A DNA stretch of 64,000 nucleotides from a virus: the IMG/VR virus record IMGVR_UViG_3300020421_000007, positions 1-64,000 of that record. The stretch is one strand, 5' to 3'. A model generated the notes under the pieces. That model saw only the letters and a list, made by a program, of their open reading frames with translations. It did not search any database and had not been told where the DNA came from. Below are positions 48,296-56,719 of the stretch, piece by piece (position 1 is the first letter of the stretch; every line of letters begins with the position of its first letter). Made by a program: the position numbers and the translations under genes.

Positions 48296-48942
48296 AACTA
48301 TACGATCTTTTTCCTAATCCAATTTTTGGAATAGAATATCCGCATCATAAAAAATTGAAAGAAATAATTTTCAATGTGATGGAAGAAAACAAAGATAACT
48401 TTGAGGTCAATGGACAGTCTTCTAATCTACAACATCTTAATAACAAATTAAGTGAATCTATTTTACACGAAGAACCATTTGAAAGTTTTAGAGAATGGGT
48501 AGAAGAGTCATGTTCGGATTATGTAAGTGATTGTCTTGGATATAATTTGCCAGACAAAATGATGGTTACTGACAGTTGGTTAAATAAATGTGACAAGGGT
48601 GGATCTCAACATCCACACTATCATTCAAATGCATACATTTCTGGAACTTATTATGTAAACTTTGAAGAAGGTCATTCTCCTCTTATGTTTAATAAAAGAT
48701 CAGCATTACTTTTTCCAAATCATCCGACGATTGTTCTGGCAGAAAATGATGATTTTATCACTAAGTATAATACTGACTCTGCTGTATATCCAGAAGAGGG
48801 AGAACTATATTTGTGGCAGTCTCAAATGACACATAGTGTGCCTGAGAATGGAAAAGATAATCGTGTAAGTCTTTCTATGAATTTTATGCCAAATGTTGTA
48901 AGTAATACAAGATATGGTTTTAGAGTGGAGTATGCGAAGTGA
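48292..48942 (+). CDS. Putative 2OG-Fe(II) oxygenase (TIGR02466-like)
   Basis: LFP.PI, SW.N...GG.QHPHYH, SG.YY, W.S...H.V...R.SLS.N. Confidence 0.85.
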   Translation: MKLYDLFPNPIFGIEYPHHKKLKEIIFNVMEENKDNFEVNGQSSNLQHLNNKLSESILHEEPFESFREWVEESCSDYVSDCLGYNLPDKMMVTDSWLNKCDKGGSQHPHYHSNAYISGTYYVNFEEGHSPLMFNKRSALLFPNHPTIVLAENDDFITKYNTDSAVYPEEGELYLWQSQMTHSVPENGKDNRVSLSMNFMPNVVSNTRYGFRVEYAK

Positions 48943-49724
48943 TTGACTACAATGATATCGTAGAGAGATTCCCAGAAAATAAATGGGATATTGGATTGCT
49001 TAAGGGGACAGAATACAAAAAAGTTTTGAACTCACCTGTAAAAGCAGCGTGTCATTTTAAAGGTGAGATGTTGACCAATCGTTTACAAGCACCTTACCAA
49101 TCAGATAACACTTTAGTCTTCGCTAGATTATCAGAACATGCTGCCGATTATTCTCTCTATGAAGAAGCGGCAAGTTATCTTTCAGATTACATTGAACAAG
49201 GAAAATGTGTTCAAGTATATGTAAATTTTAAAGAAGCGGCAATACAATCTGGACTTGGTGTTAGAGCTAAAAACTCTTTGATATACAATAAAAAATTTGG
49301 ATTTCAATGTAAGTTATGTGCATTTACATTTTTAGATGATCTAGCAAATGCCCCAGAACCACAAATAAACAAAGGACAATTAGATCTTTGTGAAGGGTGT
49401 GATGACTGTATCAAACACTGTCCAGCAAATGCTATCCATGAAGATTTTATTGATGGTAATGCTTGCGATACTTTTGTTGGAGTTGGAAATAGTTCAGATC
49501 AAATGTCAATCAAATGGTTTTGGTATGAGTTAGTTAAACCAAATATTCCTAAAGAAGTTGTTGAGTCTTGGAATACCTTGGAAGATTTTAAAAATATTGT
49601 TTGGGATAATGGGTATGAGATGACTCCAAATGGATTAATGAAAGATGGAGAAGTAATTCCTATGCCACTCTGTAGAATGTGTCAACAACAACCAAGATGT
49701 AGTAAAATACCTGTATTATTATGA
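48939..49724 (+). CDS. QueG/reductive dehalogenase-like 4Fe-4S protein
   Basis: KEAA..SGLG...KNSL....FG, CEGCDDCIKHCP..AI...C, C..CQ motifs. Confidence 0.7.
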   Translation: MIDYNDIVERFPENKWDIGLLKGTEYKKVLNSPVKAACHFKGEMLTNRLQAPYQSDNTLVFARLSEHAADYSLYEEAASYLSDYIEQGKCVQVYVNFKEAAIQSGLGVRAKNSLIYNKKFGFQCKLCAFTFLDDLANAPEPQINKGQLDLCEGCDDCIKHCPANAIHEDFIDGNACDTFVGVGNSSDQMSIKWFWYELVKPNIPKEVVESWNTLEDFKNIVWDNGYEMTPNGLMKDGEVIPMPLCRMCQQQPRCSKIPVLL

Positions 49725-50341
49725 TGTTAAATATTGGACCATGGCACGTCAATCCATGTTTTTCTTTACCAGTTACATCAGCTGACATAGATTCTAATGT
49801 AAGTTTTCTTCTAAAAACTATGTCTAGAAAAATGGAATGGATTGAGGACAATCCAGATACAGGAATTAATGGATTTTATTCTAAAAATAGAAACGTATTA
49901 GATTCTGATTTGTCAATGAAAGAAGGATTAACTTCTATCTGTAAAGATTATATCGTAAATGCTTTATCATATAACACAGATATTAAAATCACAACTTCTT
50001 GGTTTACAAAAACTTTAAAAGGTGGGCAGTGTGTGGAACATGCTCACTGCAACTCTTGGTTTAGTGCAGTTGTATATTTTGGGGACTATGATGAAAAATC
50101 AGCACCACTAGTATTTTCAGTTGATCCTCCACAAATATTAGTACCAACATCTATGCCAAATTTTTTAAACTCATACAACTTGACAATTGAGTCAGAAAAG
50201 AATAAAATAATTATATTTCCCAGTCGTTTAAGGCACAAAGTTATTACACACAATTCAAATACTCCTAGGTATTCTCTTTCTTTTAACATTATGCCTGTTG
50301 GAACAGTTGGGGAAGGAGACTCCAGTTACACATATAAATAA
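49721..50341 (+). CDS. Putative 2OG-Fe(II) oxygenase (TIGR02466-like)
   Basis: SWF...GG...EHAH.NSWFS.V.Y, IFPS.L.H.V...R.SLSFN. Confidence 0.85.
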   Translation: MMLNIGPWHVNPCFSLPVTSADIDSNVSFLLKTMSRKMEWIEDNPDTGINGFYSKNRNVLDSDLSMKEGLTSICKDYIVNALSYNTDIKITTSWFTKTLKGGQCVEHAHCNSWFSAVVYFGDYDEKSAPLVFSVDPPQILVPTSMPNFLNSYNLTIESEKNKIIIFPSRLRHKVITHNSNTPRYSLSFNIMPVGTVGEGDSSYTYK

Positions 50342-50366
50342 TCACACACATCATTCTTTATTAAAA

Positions 50367-50564
50367 ATGGACACTGACGCCCTTAAGAAAAATTTTGTCG
50401 AACAACTAGAACAAGCAGATAAGCAAATTGCTGAGTTGGAAACAAACCTTGTAAAAGCTAGAGAGTACAAACTAAAATTACAGGGGGGTTTGGAAACTTT
50501 GGAACTCCTCAATCCATCGGAAGAAGAATCAGCAGAAACAGCGCCTACTGAAGTAGCAGAATAA
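50367..50564 (+). CDS. Small coiled-coil hypothetical protein
   Basis: Late promoter TATAAATA 50333-50340; MDTDALKKNF...KLQGGLETLELL. Confidence 0.8.
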   Translation: MDTDALKKNFVEQLEQADKQIAELETNLVKAREYKLKLQGGLETLELLNPSEEESAETAPTEVAE

Positions 50565-50571
50565 CTATCAG

Positions 50572-50607
50572 ATCCCTTCTTCCTAAATAGGTAAGAAGGG
50601 ATTTTTT
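50572..50607 (+). terminator. Terminator hairpin with a late promoter (CTAAATA) in its loop
   Basis: ATCCCTTCTT-CCTAAATAGGT-AAGAAGGGAT then a T run. Confidence 0.75.
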
Positions 50608-50614
50608 GTGTGTA

Positions 50615-51415
50615 ATGGCATCTCCAAGTTCTAGATCTGAACTCATCACTTATTGTAAGAGGCAACTTGGTGAACCTGTTCTCCAAGTAAACATTGATGA
50701 TGAGCAAGTAAACAATGTAATTGATGATACGTATCAATTCTTTCAGGAGAACTGTTACAATGGTATGGAGAGGTGTTACCTAAGACACGAAATTAACGCT
50801 GATGATAAAACAAGATTTGATGGTAAAGTAACTACGACTGAAGGAACAACAAATTGGGAAGAGTCAACAAACTTTATTCCAATTCCAGATCACGTTGTAG
50901 GTATTACCAAAGTATATGGTTTAGTTAGTAATTCAATTCGCTCTAATCTCTTCGGTGTTGAGTATCAACTATATCTAAATGATCTGTATGCGTTTGGATC
51001 ACTTGATATTCTCAATTATTATATGCATAAACAATATCTAGAAACTCTAGACATGGTTATGAACAATGGTTCATTCCAACAGTTTAGATTTACACAACGC
51101 CGTGATCGTTTGTATCTTGATATCAATAAAGCATTTCTTAAAGAAGATACATTCTTAGTAATTGAAGCACATCGTTTACTCGATCCCACAGATGCTACAG
51201 AGATGAACAATGATATGTTTGTCAAAAAGTATGCTACTGCTCTTATGAAGAGACAGTGGGGTCAGAACTTGATCAAGTATAATAATGTTCAATTACCTGG
51301 CGGTGTTACCCTTAACGGTAGAGAGATCTACACAGACGCACTAGCAGAAATTGAGAAAATCGAAAGCGAAGTTCTCAGTAAGTATGCTGTTCCACCAATG
51401 GATATGATCGGATAA
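50615..51415 (+). CDS. gp13: Neck protein gp13
   Basis: R.LG.PV..VN...Q, W/FVK.YATAL.K.QWG.NL.KY...QLPGGVT.NG motifs. Confidence 0.95.
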   Translation: MASPSSRSELITYCKRQLGEPVLQVNIDDEQVNNVIDDTYQFFQENCYNGMERCYLRHEINADDKTRFDGKVTTTEGTTNWEESTNFIPIPDHVVGITKVYGLVSNSIRSNLFGVEYQLYLNDLYAFGSLDILNYYMHKQYLETLDMVMNNGSFQQFRFTQRRDRLYLDINKAFLKEDTFLVIEAHRLLDPTDATEMNNDMFVKKYATALMKRQWGQNLIKYNNVQLPGGVTLNGREIYTDALAEIEKIESEVLSKYAVPPMDMIG

Positions 51416-51416
51416 A

Positions 51417-52538
51417 ATGCCTACCAGTCCCTACTTTCCAACTTACTACGCAGGTCACAGTGGCGAACAAGGTCTTGTTCAGGATCTTGTGGATGAACAA
51501 ATTAAACTGTTTGGTACAGACATATACTATATCCCTAGAGTAGTTTTACAAGACAACACTCTAGATGAAGTTAGATACTCAAAATATCAGGAGCAGTTTC
51601 AAATTGAGATGTTGCTTCAGAACGTCATGGGTTTTGGTGACAATGCTGAGTTCATCTCTAAATTTGGTTTAAGAATTACAGACGAGATTATCTTTCGTGT
51701 GTCTACAAGACGATGGACAGAAGAGGTAGCAGAGCATAATCCCAACCTAACAGTAGATAGCAGACCTAATGAGGGAGATCTATTGTATTTCCCATTAACA
51801 CAAGACATCTACGAAATCAAATTTGTTGGCAAGGAAGAACCATTCTTCCAGTTTGGTAAGATTCAATTCTATGCTATCACTGCTGAAATCTATGAGGTTG
51901 GTAGTGATAATTTTGACACTGGAGTGGCAGAAATTGATGATGTAGAGCAACTCTTCGATACTTCTATTAAACTCTTTATGGATCCTGGTGGTACAGGAGA
52001 CTTCACTGTAGGTGAGGAGGTAGTTGGTGATGAATTTCTTGCAAAAGCTACAGCAACTATTACTGGTGACGCTGTAACTGCTATAACTATTAATGATGGT
52101 GGTTCACATTATAAAGTTGCTACACCACCATCAGTAACTATTACAGGAGACGGAAGTGGTGCTACTGCGACTGCTACAGTCAGTTCTACTGGTATTGTTA
52201 ATGGTATTACTATCACAAGTGGTGGGAGCGGTTATAGTTCTGCGCCTACTGTTGTCATTGACTACTCCCCCAAAGACAATAGAGCAGAAGTCAAGTCCTG
52301 GGATAGCACAACCAGAGCTCTTGAAGTCTACAACAGAACAGGAACCTTTACTACTGCTGAAGTAATTACTGGTCTAACCTCTGGTGCCAAGTGGAGTCCT
52401 GAGACATTCGACACTCTAAATAATACAAATAGCAACTACGATCAAAACAGACAGATCGAAGATAGTGCGGATAATATTATTGATTGGACGGAAGGAAATC
52501 CGTTTGGTGAATATGGTAATCAGACAGGTAGCTTCTAA
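51417..52538 (+). CDS. gp14: Neck protein gp14 (with a GxGY-repeat insertion)
   Basis: L..E.I...G.D.YY.PR, SKFG....DE, RP.EGDL.YFP...EI.FV..EPF.Q.G motifs. Confidence 0.93.
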   Translation: MPTSPYFPTYYAGHSGEQGLVQDLVDEQIKLFGTDIYYIPRVVLQDNTLDEVRYSKYQEQFQIEMLLQNVMGFGDNAEFISKFGLRITDEIIFRVSTRRWTEEVAEHNPNLTVDSRPNEGDLLYFPLTQDIYEIKFVGKEEPFFQFGKIQFYAITAEIYEVGSDNFDTGVAEIDDVEQLFDTSIKLFMDPGGTGDFTVGEEVVGDEFLAKATATITGDAVTAITINDGGSHYKVATPPSVTITGDGSGATATATVSSTGIVNGITITSGGSGYSSAPTVVIDYSPKDNRAEVKSWDSTTRALEVYNRTGTFTTAEVITGLTSGAKWSPETFDTLNNTNSNYDQNRQIEDSADNIIDWTEGNPFGEYGNQTGSF

Positions 52539-53338
52539 TGTTAGGATCACATTTTTACAATTCAATTGTTCGTAAGAACATTATTGCGTTTGGCACGCTC
52601 TTCAATAACATTAATATGAAGAGTACAGATCCTACTACAGGAGATGTACTTGAGGAAATTAAAGTTCCTTTAGCATATGGACCTAAGCAAAAGTTTCTTG
52701 TTAGGTTAGAAGAAAACGCATCATCTAGTAAGGTAGCTATTACACTACCACGTCTCTACTTTGAGATGACAGGAATTGAATATGATTCTACCCGTAAGAC
52801 ATCACCTATTCAAAAATACAAAACTGTCATCGATGGTAATGGTGATGAGGTCAGAGTTCAATATGTTCCTGTTCCCTACAATTTAAGTTTTGAACTGGGA
52901 GTTATTGCTAAGTCTCAAGACGATGCATTACAAATTGTAGAGCAAATTTTACCATATTTTCAACCTTCATTTTCCGTGACTCTTAATATGATTCCAGATA
53001 TGAATGAGAAAAAGGATGTTGCTATTGTACTTAACGGTATTAGTAGTGAAGATGAATGGGATGATAGTTTTCTGAACCGTAGATATATTACATATACCTT
53101 AAACTTTACAATGAAGTCTTACCTCTACGGTCCTTACAATACTGCTGATGTTATCAAGAAAGCAATTATTCATGAAACGCTTGGAGACCTTTCAGTCAAC
53201 CGCAGAACTATTACTAGAACATATACACCTAAAGCAAAAACAGATATCAATACAGATGGTGTCATCGATGTAAATGATGATGCCCTAGTTGATGCTGGTG
53301 ATGACTTTGGATTTAATGAAGGAATTCAATTCTTATGA
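52538..53338 (+). CDS. gp15: Tail sheath stabilizer/terminator gp15
   Basis: HFYN...RK....FG.LF, KVP.AYGPK.KF, LPR..FE, QIVEQILPYFQP motifs. Confidence 0.95.
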   Translation: MLGSHFYNSIVRKNIIAFGTLFNNINMKSTDPTTGDVLEEIKVPLAYGPKQKFLVRLEENASSSKVAITLPRLYFEMTGIEYDSTRKTSPIQKYKTVIDGNGDEVRVQYVPVPYNLSFELGVIAKSQDDALQIVEQILPYFQPSFSVTLNMIPDMNEKKDVAIVLNGISSEDEWDDSFLNRRYITYTLNFTMKSYLYGPYNTADVIKKAIIHETLGDLSVNRRTITRTYTPKAKTDINTDGVIDVNDDALVDAGDDFGFNEGIQFL

Positions 53339-53748
53339 GTAACCTAGAAGAGAACATGGAGGAGATCCTCAACATTAGTGCTGAACCTATTGAGGAATCC
53401 AAACCATCTAAACCAGTTCCACCTAAGGTGGATGAGGAAGATCGTGAGAAAGATTATCGATATACCAGGGGTGAGTTATACTCGCTCATAGACAAGGGTC
53501 AGGAGGCGGTTAACGGTGCCTTAGAGGTCGCTCAGGAGTCAGGGCACCCAAGAGCGTATGAAGTTGCTGTAGCGGCAATGAAGCACGTCGCAGACATGAC
53601 TGAGAAACTCCAAGATCTACACAAGAAAATGAAGGATCTTGACGAAGAAAAGAAAGGTCCGTCTAAGGTAACTAACAATGCTATGTTTGTAGGATCTACA
53701 GCAGAACTACAGAAGATGCTCAAGGAGATGGGCGGGGGTAAACGCTAA
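53335..53748 (+). CDS. gp16: Terminase small subunit gp16
   Basis: DY...R..L...A.ESGHPRAYEV...FVGST.EL motifs. Confidence 0.92.
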   Translation: MSNLEENMEEILNISAEPIEESKPSKPVPPKVDEEDREKDYRYTRGELYSLIDKGQEAVNGALEVAQESGHPRAYEVAVAAMKHVADMTEKLQDLHKKMKDLDEEKKGPSKVTNNAMFVGSTAELQKMLKEMGGGKR

Positions 53749-53776
53749 ATAGATTCGTAAACCCTCGTCGGTTATC

Positions 53777-54199
53777 ATGAGAGATTATAAAGAACTAAAA
53801 GAACTCTGTGAAGCAAAGCGCGGTCTCTACGCAAATATCCACGCTAAACGAAAAAGAGGAGAAGCTCCTGCGCGTCCTGGTAGTAAGGACTACCCCGCGA
53901 AGGATGCTTTCAAAAAGGCGGCGAGGACTGCCAAAGAAAGTTTTGAACTCGAAGAAGCAGCCTGGACAAAAAAAGCAGGCAAAAATAAAGAAGGAGGTCT
54001 CAATGAAAAGGGACGGAAATCTTACGAAAGAGAAAATCCTGGATCTGACCTTAAAGCACCAAGCAAGAAGGTTGGAAATCCCCGTCGCGCATCGTTCTGC
54101 GCTAGAATGAAGGGCATGAAGAAAAAGTTGACCTCCAAAAAAACCGCTAACGACAAAGATAGTCGTATCAATAAGTCTCTACGTGCGTGGAATTGCTGA
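53777..54199 (+). CDS. Basic late protein, candidate internal head protein
   Basis: Late promoter CTAAATA 53745-53751; GLYANIHAKR and GGLN.KGR...RR.SFCARM.G...SRINK.LR.WNC blocks. Confidence 0.75.
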   Translation: MRDYKELKELCEAKRGLYANIHAKRKRGEAPARPGSKDYPAKDAFKKAARTAKESFELEEAAWTKKAGKNKEGGLNEKGRKSYERENPGSDLKAPSKKVGNPRRASFCARMKGMKKKLTSKKTANDKDSRINKSLRAWNC

Positions 54200-54260
54200 C
54201 ATAACATGTAAAAACATTGTTAAGTTAGCGTAAAATTACTTAGTGAATCTATAATTAGTT

Positions 54261-54425
54261 ATGAGTTCTGATATAAAAATGCGTTTGAATGACAACGATC
54301 TCACACGTCTTATTACCGCTTGTAAACTCTACCAAGAGCGTACAGGATCTGAGTGGATGTGGGAACAATATGATGATTTGATTAATAAACTCAGAGCTTA
54401 TAAAGAAAATTATTCCACGGACTGA
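54261..54425 (+). CDS. Small hypothetical protein (54 aa; alternative start 54279)
   Basis: TATAAT at 54250-54255; MSSDIKMRLNDND...YQERTGSEWMWEQY...; TGATG-coupled to petE. Confidence 0.7.
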   Translation: MSSDIKMRLNDNDLTRLITACKLYQERTGSEWMWEQYDDLINKLRAYKENYSTD

Positions 54426-54748
54426 TGAAATTTCTATTTGCGTTCTTAGCAACGCTATTTCTTGCTGCCCCCGCATGGGCAGTCGATGTAACGATGGGTT
54501 CAAATGGCAATCTAGTATTTGAACCAAACGACATTACAATTTCAGCAGGAGATACTGTTCATTTTGTGAACGGTATGCTACCTCCACATAACATTATTGT
54601 TGAAGGTCGTGCTGACCTCAGCAGAGAATCATTGATGTTTAATCCTGGTGAATCACAAGACATTAAGTTTGCTGATGCTGGAGACTACGATTTCTTCTGT
54701 GGTCCTCACCAAGGTGCTGGAATGGTTGGTACAATTCATGTAGAGTAA
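54425..54748 (+). CDS. petE: Plastocyanin
   Basis: Signal peptide (A-W-A); GDTV.F.N...PHN and C.PH.GAGM.G type-1 copper ligands. Confidence 0.95.
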   Translation: MKFLFAFLATLFLAAPAWAVDVTMGSNGNLVFEPNDITISAGDTVHFVNGMLPPHNIIVEGRADLSRESLMFNPGESQDIKFADAGDYDFFCGPHQGAGMVGTIHVE

Positions 54749-55251
54749 TGAAAAAATTCAACAGTTTAGTTTTAGATTTCACTGTTGCAATACTAGACTA
54801 CCTCTATAGAGGTAGACATTTCCAACGTTTCTGGGTGCTTGAGGAGATTGCTCGGGCACCTTATTTTGCATTTTTAAGCGTATTGCATTTTCGTGAAAGC
54901 ATGGGACTTCGTGGTCCTGAGCATTTATATCTAATGAAAACACACTTCGAGCAGTCAGTCAATGAGACAGAACATCTGGAGTACATGGAATCTAGGGGCG
55001 GCAATGCTTATTGGGTGGATCGCTTTGTCGCCAGACACCTCGTACTTATCTACTATTGGAGCAACGTGGTTTATTACTGGGTGGCTCCTCGCCTTGCTTA
55101 CCATTTGTCCTATGAAGTAGAAATCCACGCGGCAGAAACATATGCCAAATATCTAACTTATGAAGATTGGAATGATAAAAAAATTTGGGAGATTATGAAT
55201 GACGAGATCCAACACTTCCAAGAATTACAGGAAGCAATGGAGATGATCTAA
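54748..55251 (+). CDS. ptox: Plastoquinol terminal oxidase
   Basis: RFWVLEEIARAPY, NETEHL, EVEIHA, DEIQH diiron-carboxylate motifs. Confidence 0.93.
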   Translation: MKKFNSLVLDFTVAILDYLYRGRHFQRFWVLEEIARAPYFAFLSVLHFRESMGLRGPEHLYLMKTHFEQSVNETEHLEYMESRGGNAYWVDRFVARHLVLIYYWSNVVYYWVAPRLAYHLSYEVEIHAAETYAKYLTYEDWNDKKIWEIMNDEIQHFQELQEAMEMI

Positions 55252-55547
55252 TGTACAAAAACTACCCACCCGAGATGGAACCGCCCCATCTAACAACAAA
55301 AGAAGAAGTTCAGGAGATGCTTGACGATATGGCACATCGAATGACAGAAATTAAACCACCACATTATACTACTGAAGAGCAAGTACAGGAGATGATTGAC
55401 GATGCCATACGAAAACATAATCGCAATGCTGGAATTATCTCTATGTGTGTTGGGTGGGTTGTTCTCGCACTTTTTGCTGAGGGTCTGCTTCGACTTATTG
55501 GAGTAGTACCACCACTTTTTGATTGGCTAAATTTAAGTATACAATAA
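55251..55547 (+). CDS. Small membrane protein with a duplicated N-terminal motif
   Basis: PPHxTTxExVQEMxDD occurs twice, followed by one hydrophobic helix. Confidence 0.75.
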   Translation: MYKNYPPEMEPPHLTTKEEVQEMLDDMAHRMTEIKPPHYTTEEQVQEMIDDAIRKHNRNAGIISMCVGWVVLALFAEGLLRLIGVVPPLFDWLNLSIQ

Positions 55548-55553
55548 AAAACA

Positions 55554-56591
55554 ATGAAAATAGGAATGATCGGACTAGGTAGGATGGGCGAGGGAATGTC
55601 TCGTCGTCTTATCGCAGCGGGACATGAGGTGCATGGATACCGCAACAACTATAAGAAAGCAGAAGAGCAATTTGAAGCGGGTTATATCAGTGGATGTACA
55701 ACTTCTATTGAAAATCTTGTCCAAGTAATTCACCACAATAAAACAACAGGTGAAACTCCTGGTGTCTTTATGATGGTTGTACCAGCAGAAACAGTGGAGG
55801 ATACCCTTAATGAGCTATTACAGTTTTGTGTGGAGGGAGATATTATTATTGATCATGGCAATAGCAACTTTAAAGATTCTCGCAAGAGAGCAGAAAGGTT
55901 GGCTAAACTTGGCATCGCATATCTTGACTGTGGTACTAGTGGTGGTGTTTACGGTTTGGAGCGTGGATACTGTCTTATGGTTGGTGGCGGAAGCAGCGCA
56001 GTCGATGTCTGCCGTCCTGCATTCGACGCCCTCTCCCCTGGTATTGCCGCTGCCCCACGCACAGGCAACGATGATTACATAATGTATCCAGAAGAATATG
56101 GGTGGATCTATGCTGGTCCTCCTGGAGCAGGTCACTTCGTAAAGATGGTTCACAACGGTATTGAATATGGGATCATGCAAGCATACGCAGAAGGATTTAA
56201 TATCCTGCATGAAGCTAATGCTGGGGCAAAATATGTTGCTGAAGGGGATGCTGAGGTTGCCCCTATGGATTGTCCAGAAGATTATTGCTACGACATTGAC
56301 GTTGCTAAAGTTGCTGAGTGTTGGCGTCGTGGGTCTGTTGTTGGGTCTTGGTTGCTCGATCTTACCGCTGATGTACTACGAGGCGATAGAGAGCTTAGCA
56401 AGTTCGATGGGGGAGTATCAGACAGTGGTGAGGGTCGTTGGACTGTTCACGCTGCTGTGGATCTTGGTGTACCCTCTCCTGTTATCTCTAGTGCGTTATG
56501 GTCAAGATTTGAATCGAGAAGACTTGGAAAATTTGCTAACAAAGTCCTAAATGGTATGAGAGCAATGTTTGGAGGACACGACGTAAGATGA
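55554..56591 (+). CDS. gnd: 6-phosphogluconate dehydrogenase (short type)
   Basis: GLGRMG, D.GNS, D.GTSGG, GHFVKMVHNGIEYG, SDSGEGRW, MR..FGGH. Confidence 0.96.
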   Translation: MKIGMIGLGRMGEGMSRRLIAAGHEVHGYRNNYKKAEEQFEAGYISGCTTSIENLVQVIHHNKTTGETPGVFMMVVPAETVEDTLNELLQFCVEGDIIIDHGNSNFKDSRKRAERLAKLGIAYLDCGTSGGVYGLERGYCLMVGGGSSAVDVCRPAFDALSPGIAAAPRTGNDDYIMYPEEYGWIYAGPPGAGHFVKMVHNGIEYGIMQAYAEGFNILHEANAGAKYVAEGDAEVAPMDCPEDYCYDIDVAKVAECWRRGSVVGSWLLDLTADVLRGDRELSKFDGGVSDSGEGRWTVHAAVDLGVPSPVISSALWSRFESRRLGKFANKVLNGMRAMFGGHDVR

Positions 56592-56719
56592 CTTTTGGAC
56601 ATGTCTTACTTTGGACAGCAATACCCTTTGTTCTATCCACGATATACTTCGGGATGCGAAAAGGTGAAAATGTATACTACGAATCAGATAATTATGACGG
56701 AAACGGAACAGCTCACTAG
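56588..56719 (+). CDS. ndhP: NDH-1L small subunit NdhP (43 aa, missed by the ORF track)
   Basis: MTFGHVLLWTAIPFVLSTIYFGMRKGENVYYESDNYDGNGTAH*: one TM helix plus the NdhP-type C-terminus Y.SD.Y.GNG.AH; ATGA-coupled to gnd. Confidence 0.85.
   Translation: MTFGHVLLWTAIPFVLSTIYFGMRKGENVYYESDNYDGNGTAH

Noticed and set aside
56595-56693. 33-aa N-terminal extension of Zwf
   Set aside because: This region is occupied by ndhP in another frame; the Zwf Rossmann motif begins shortly after ATG 56694
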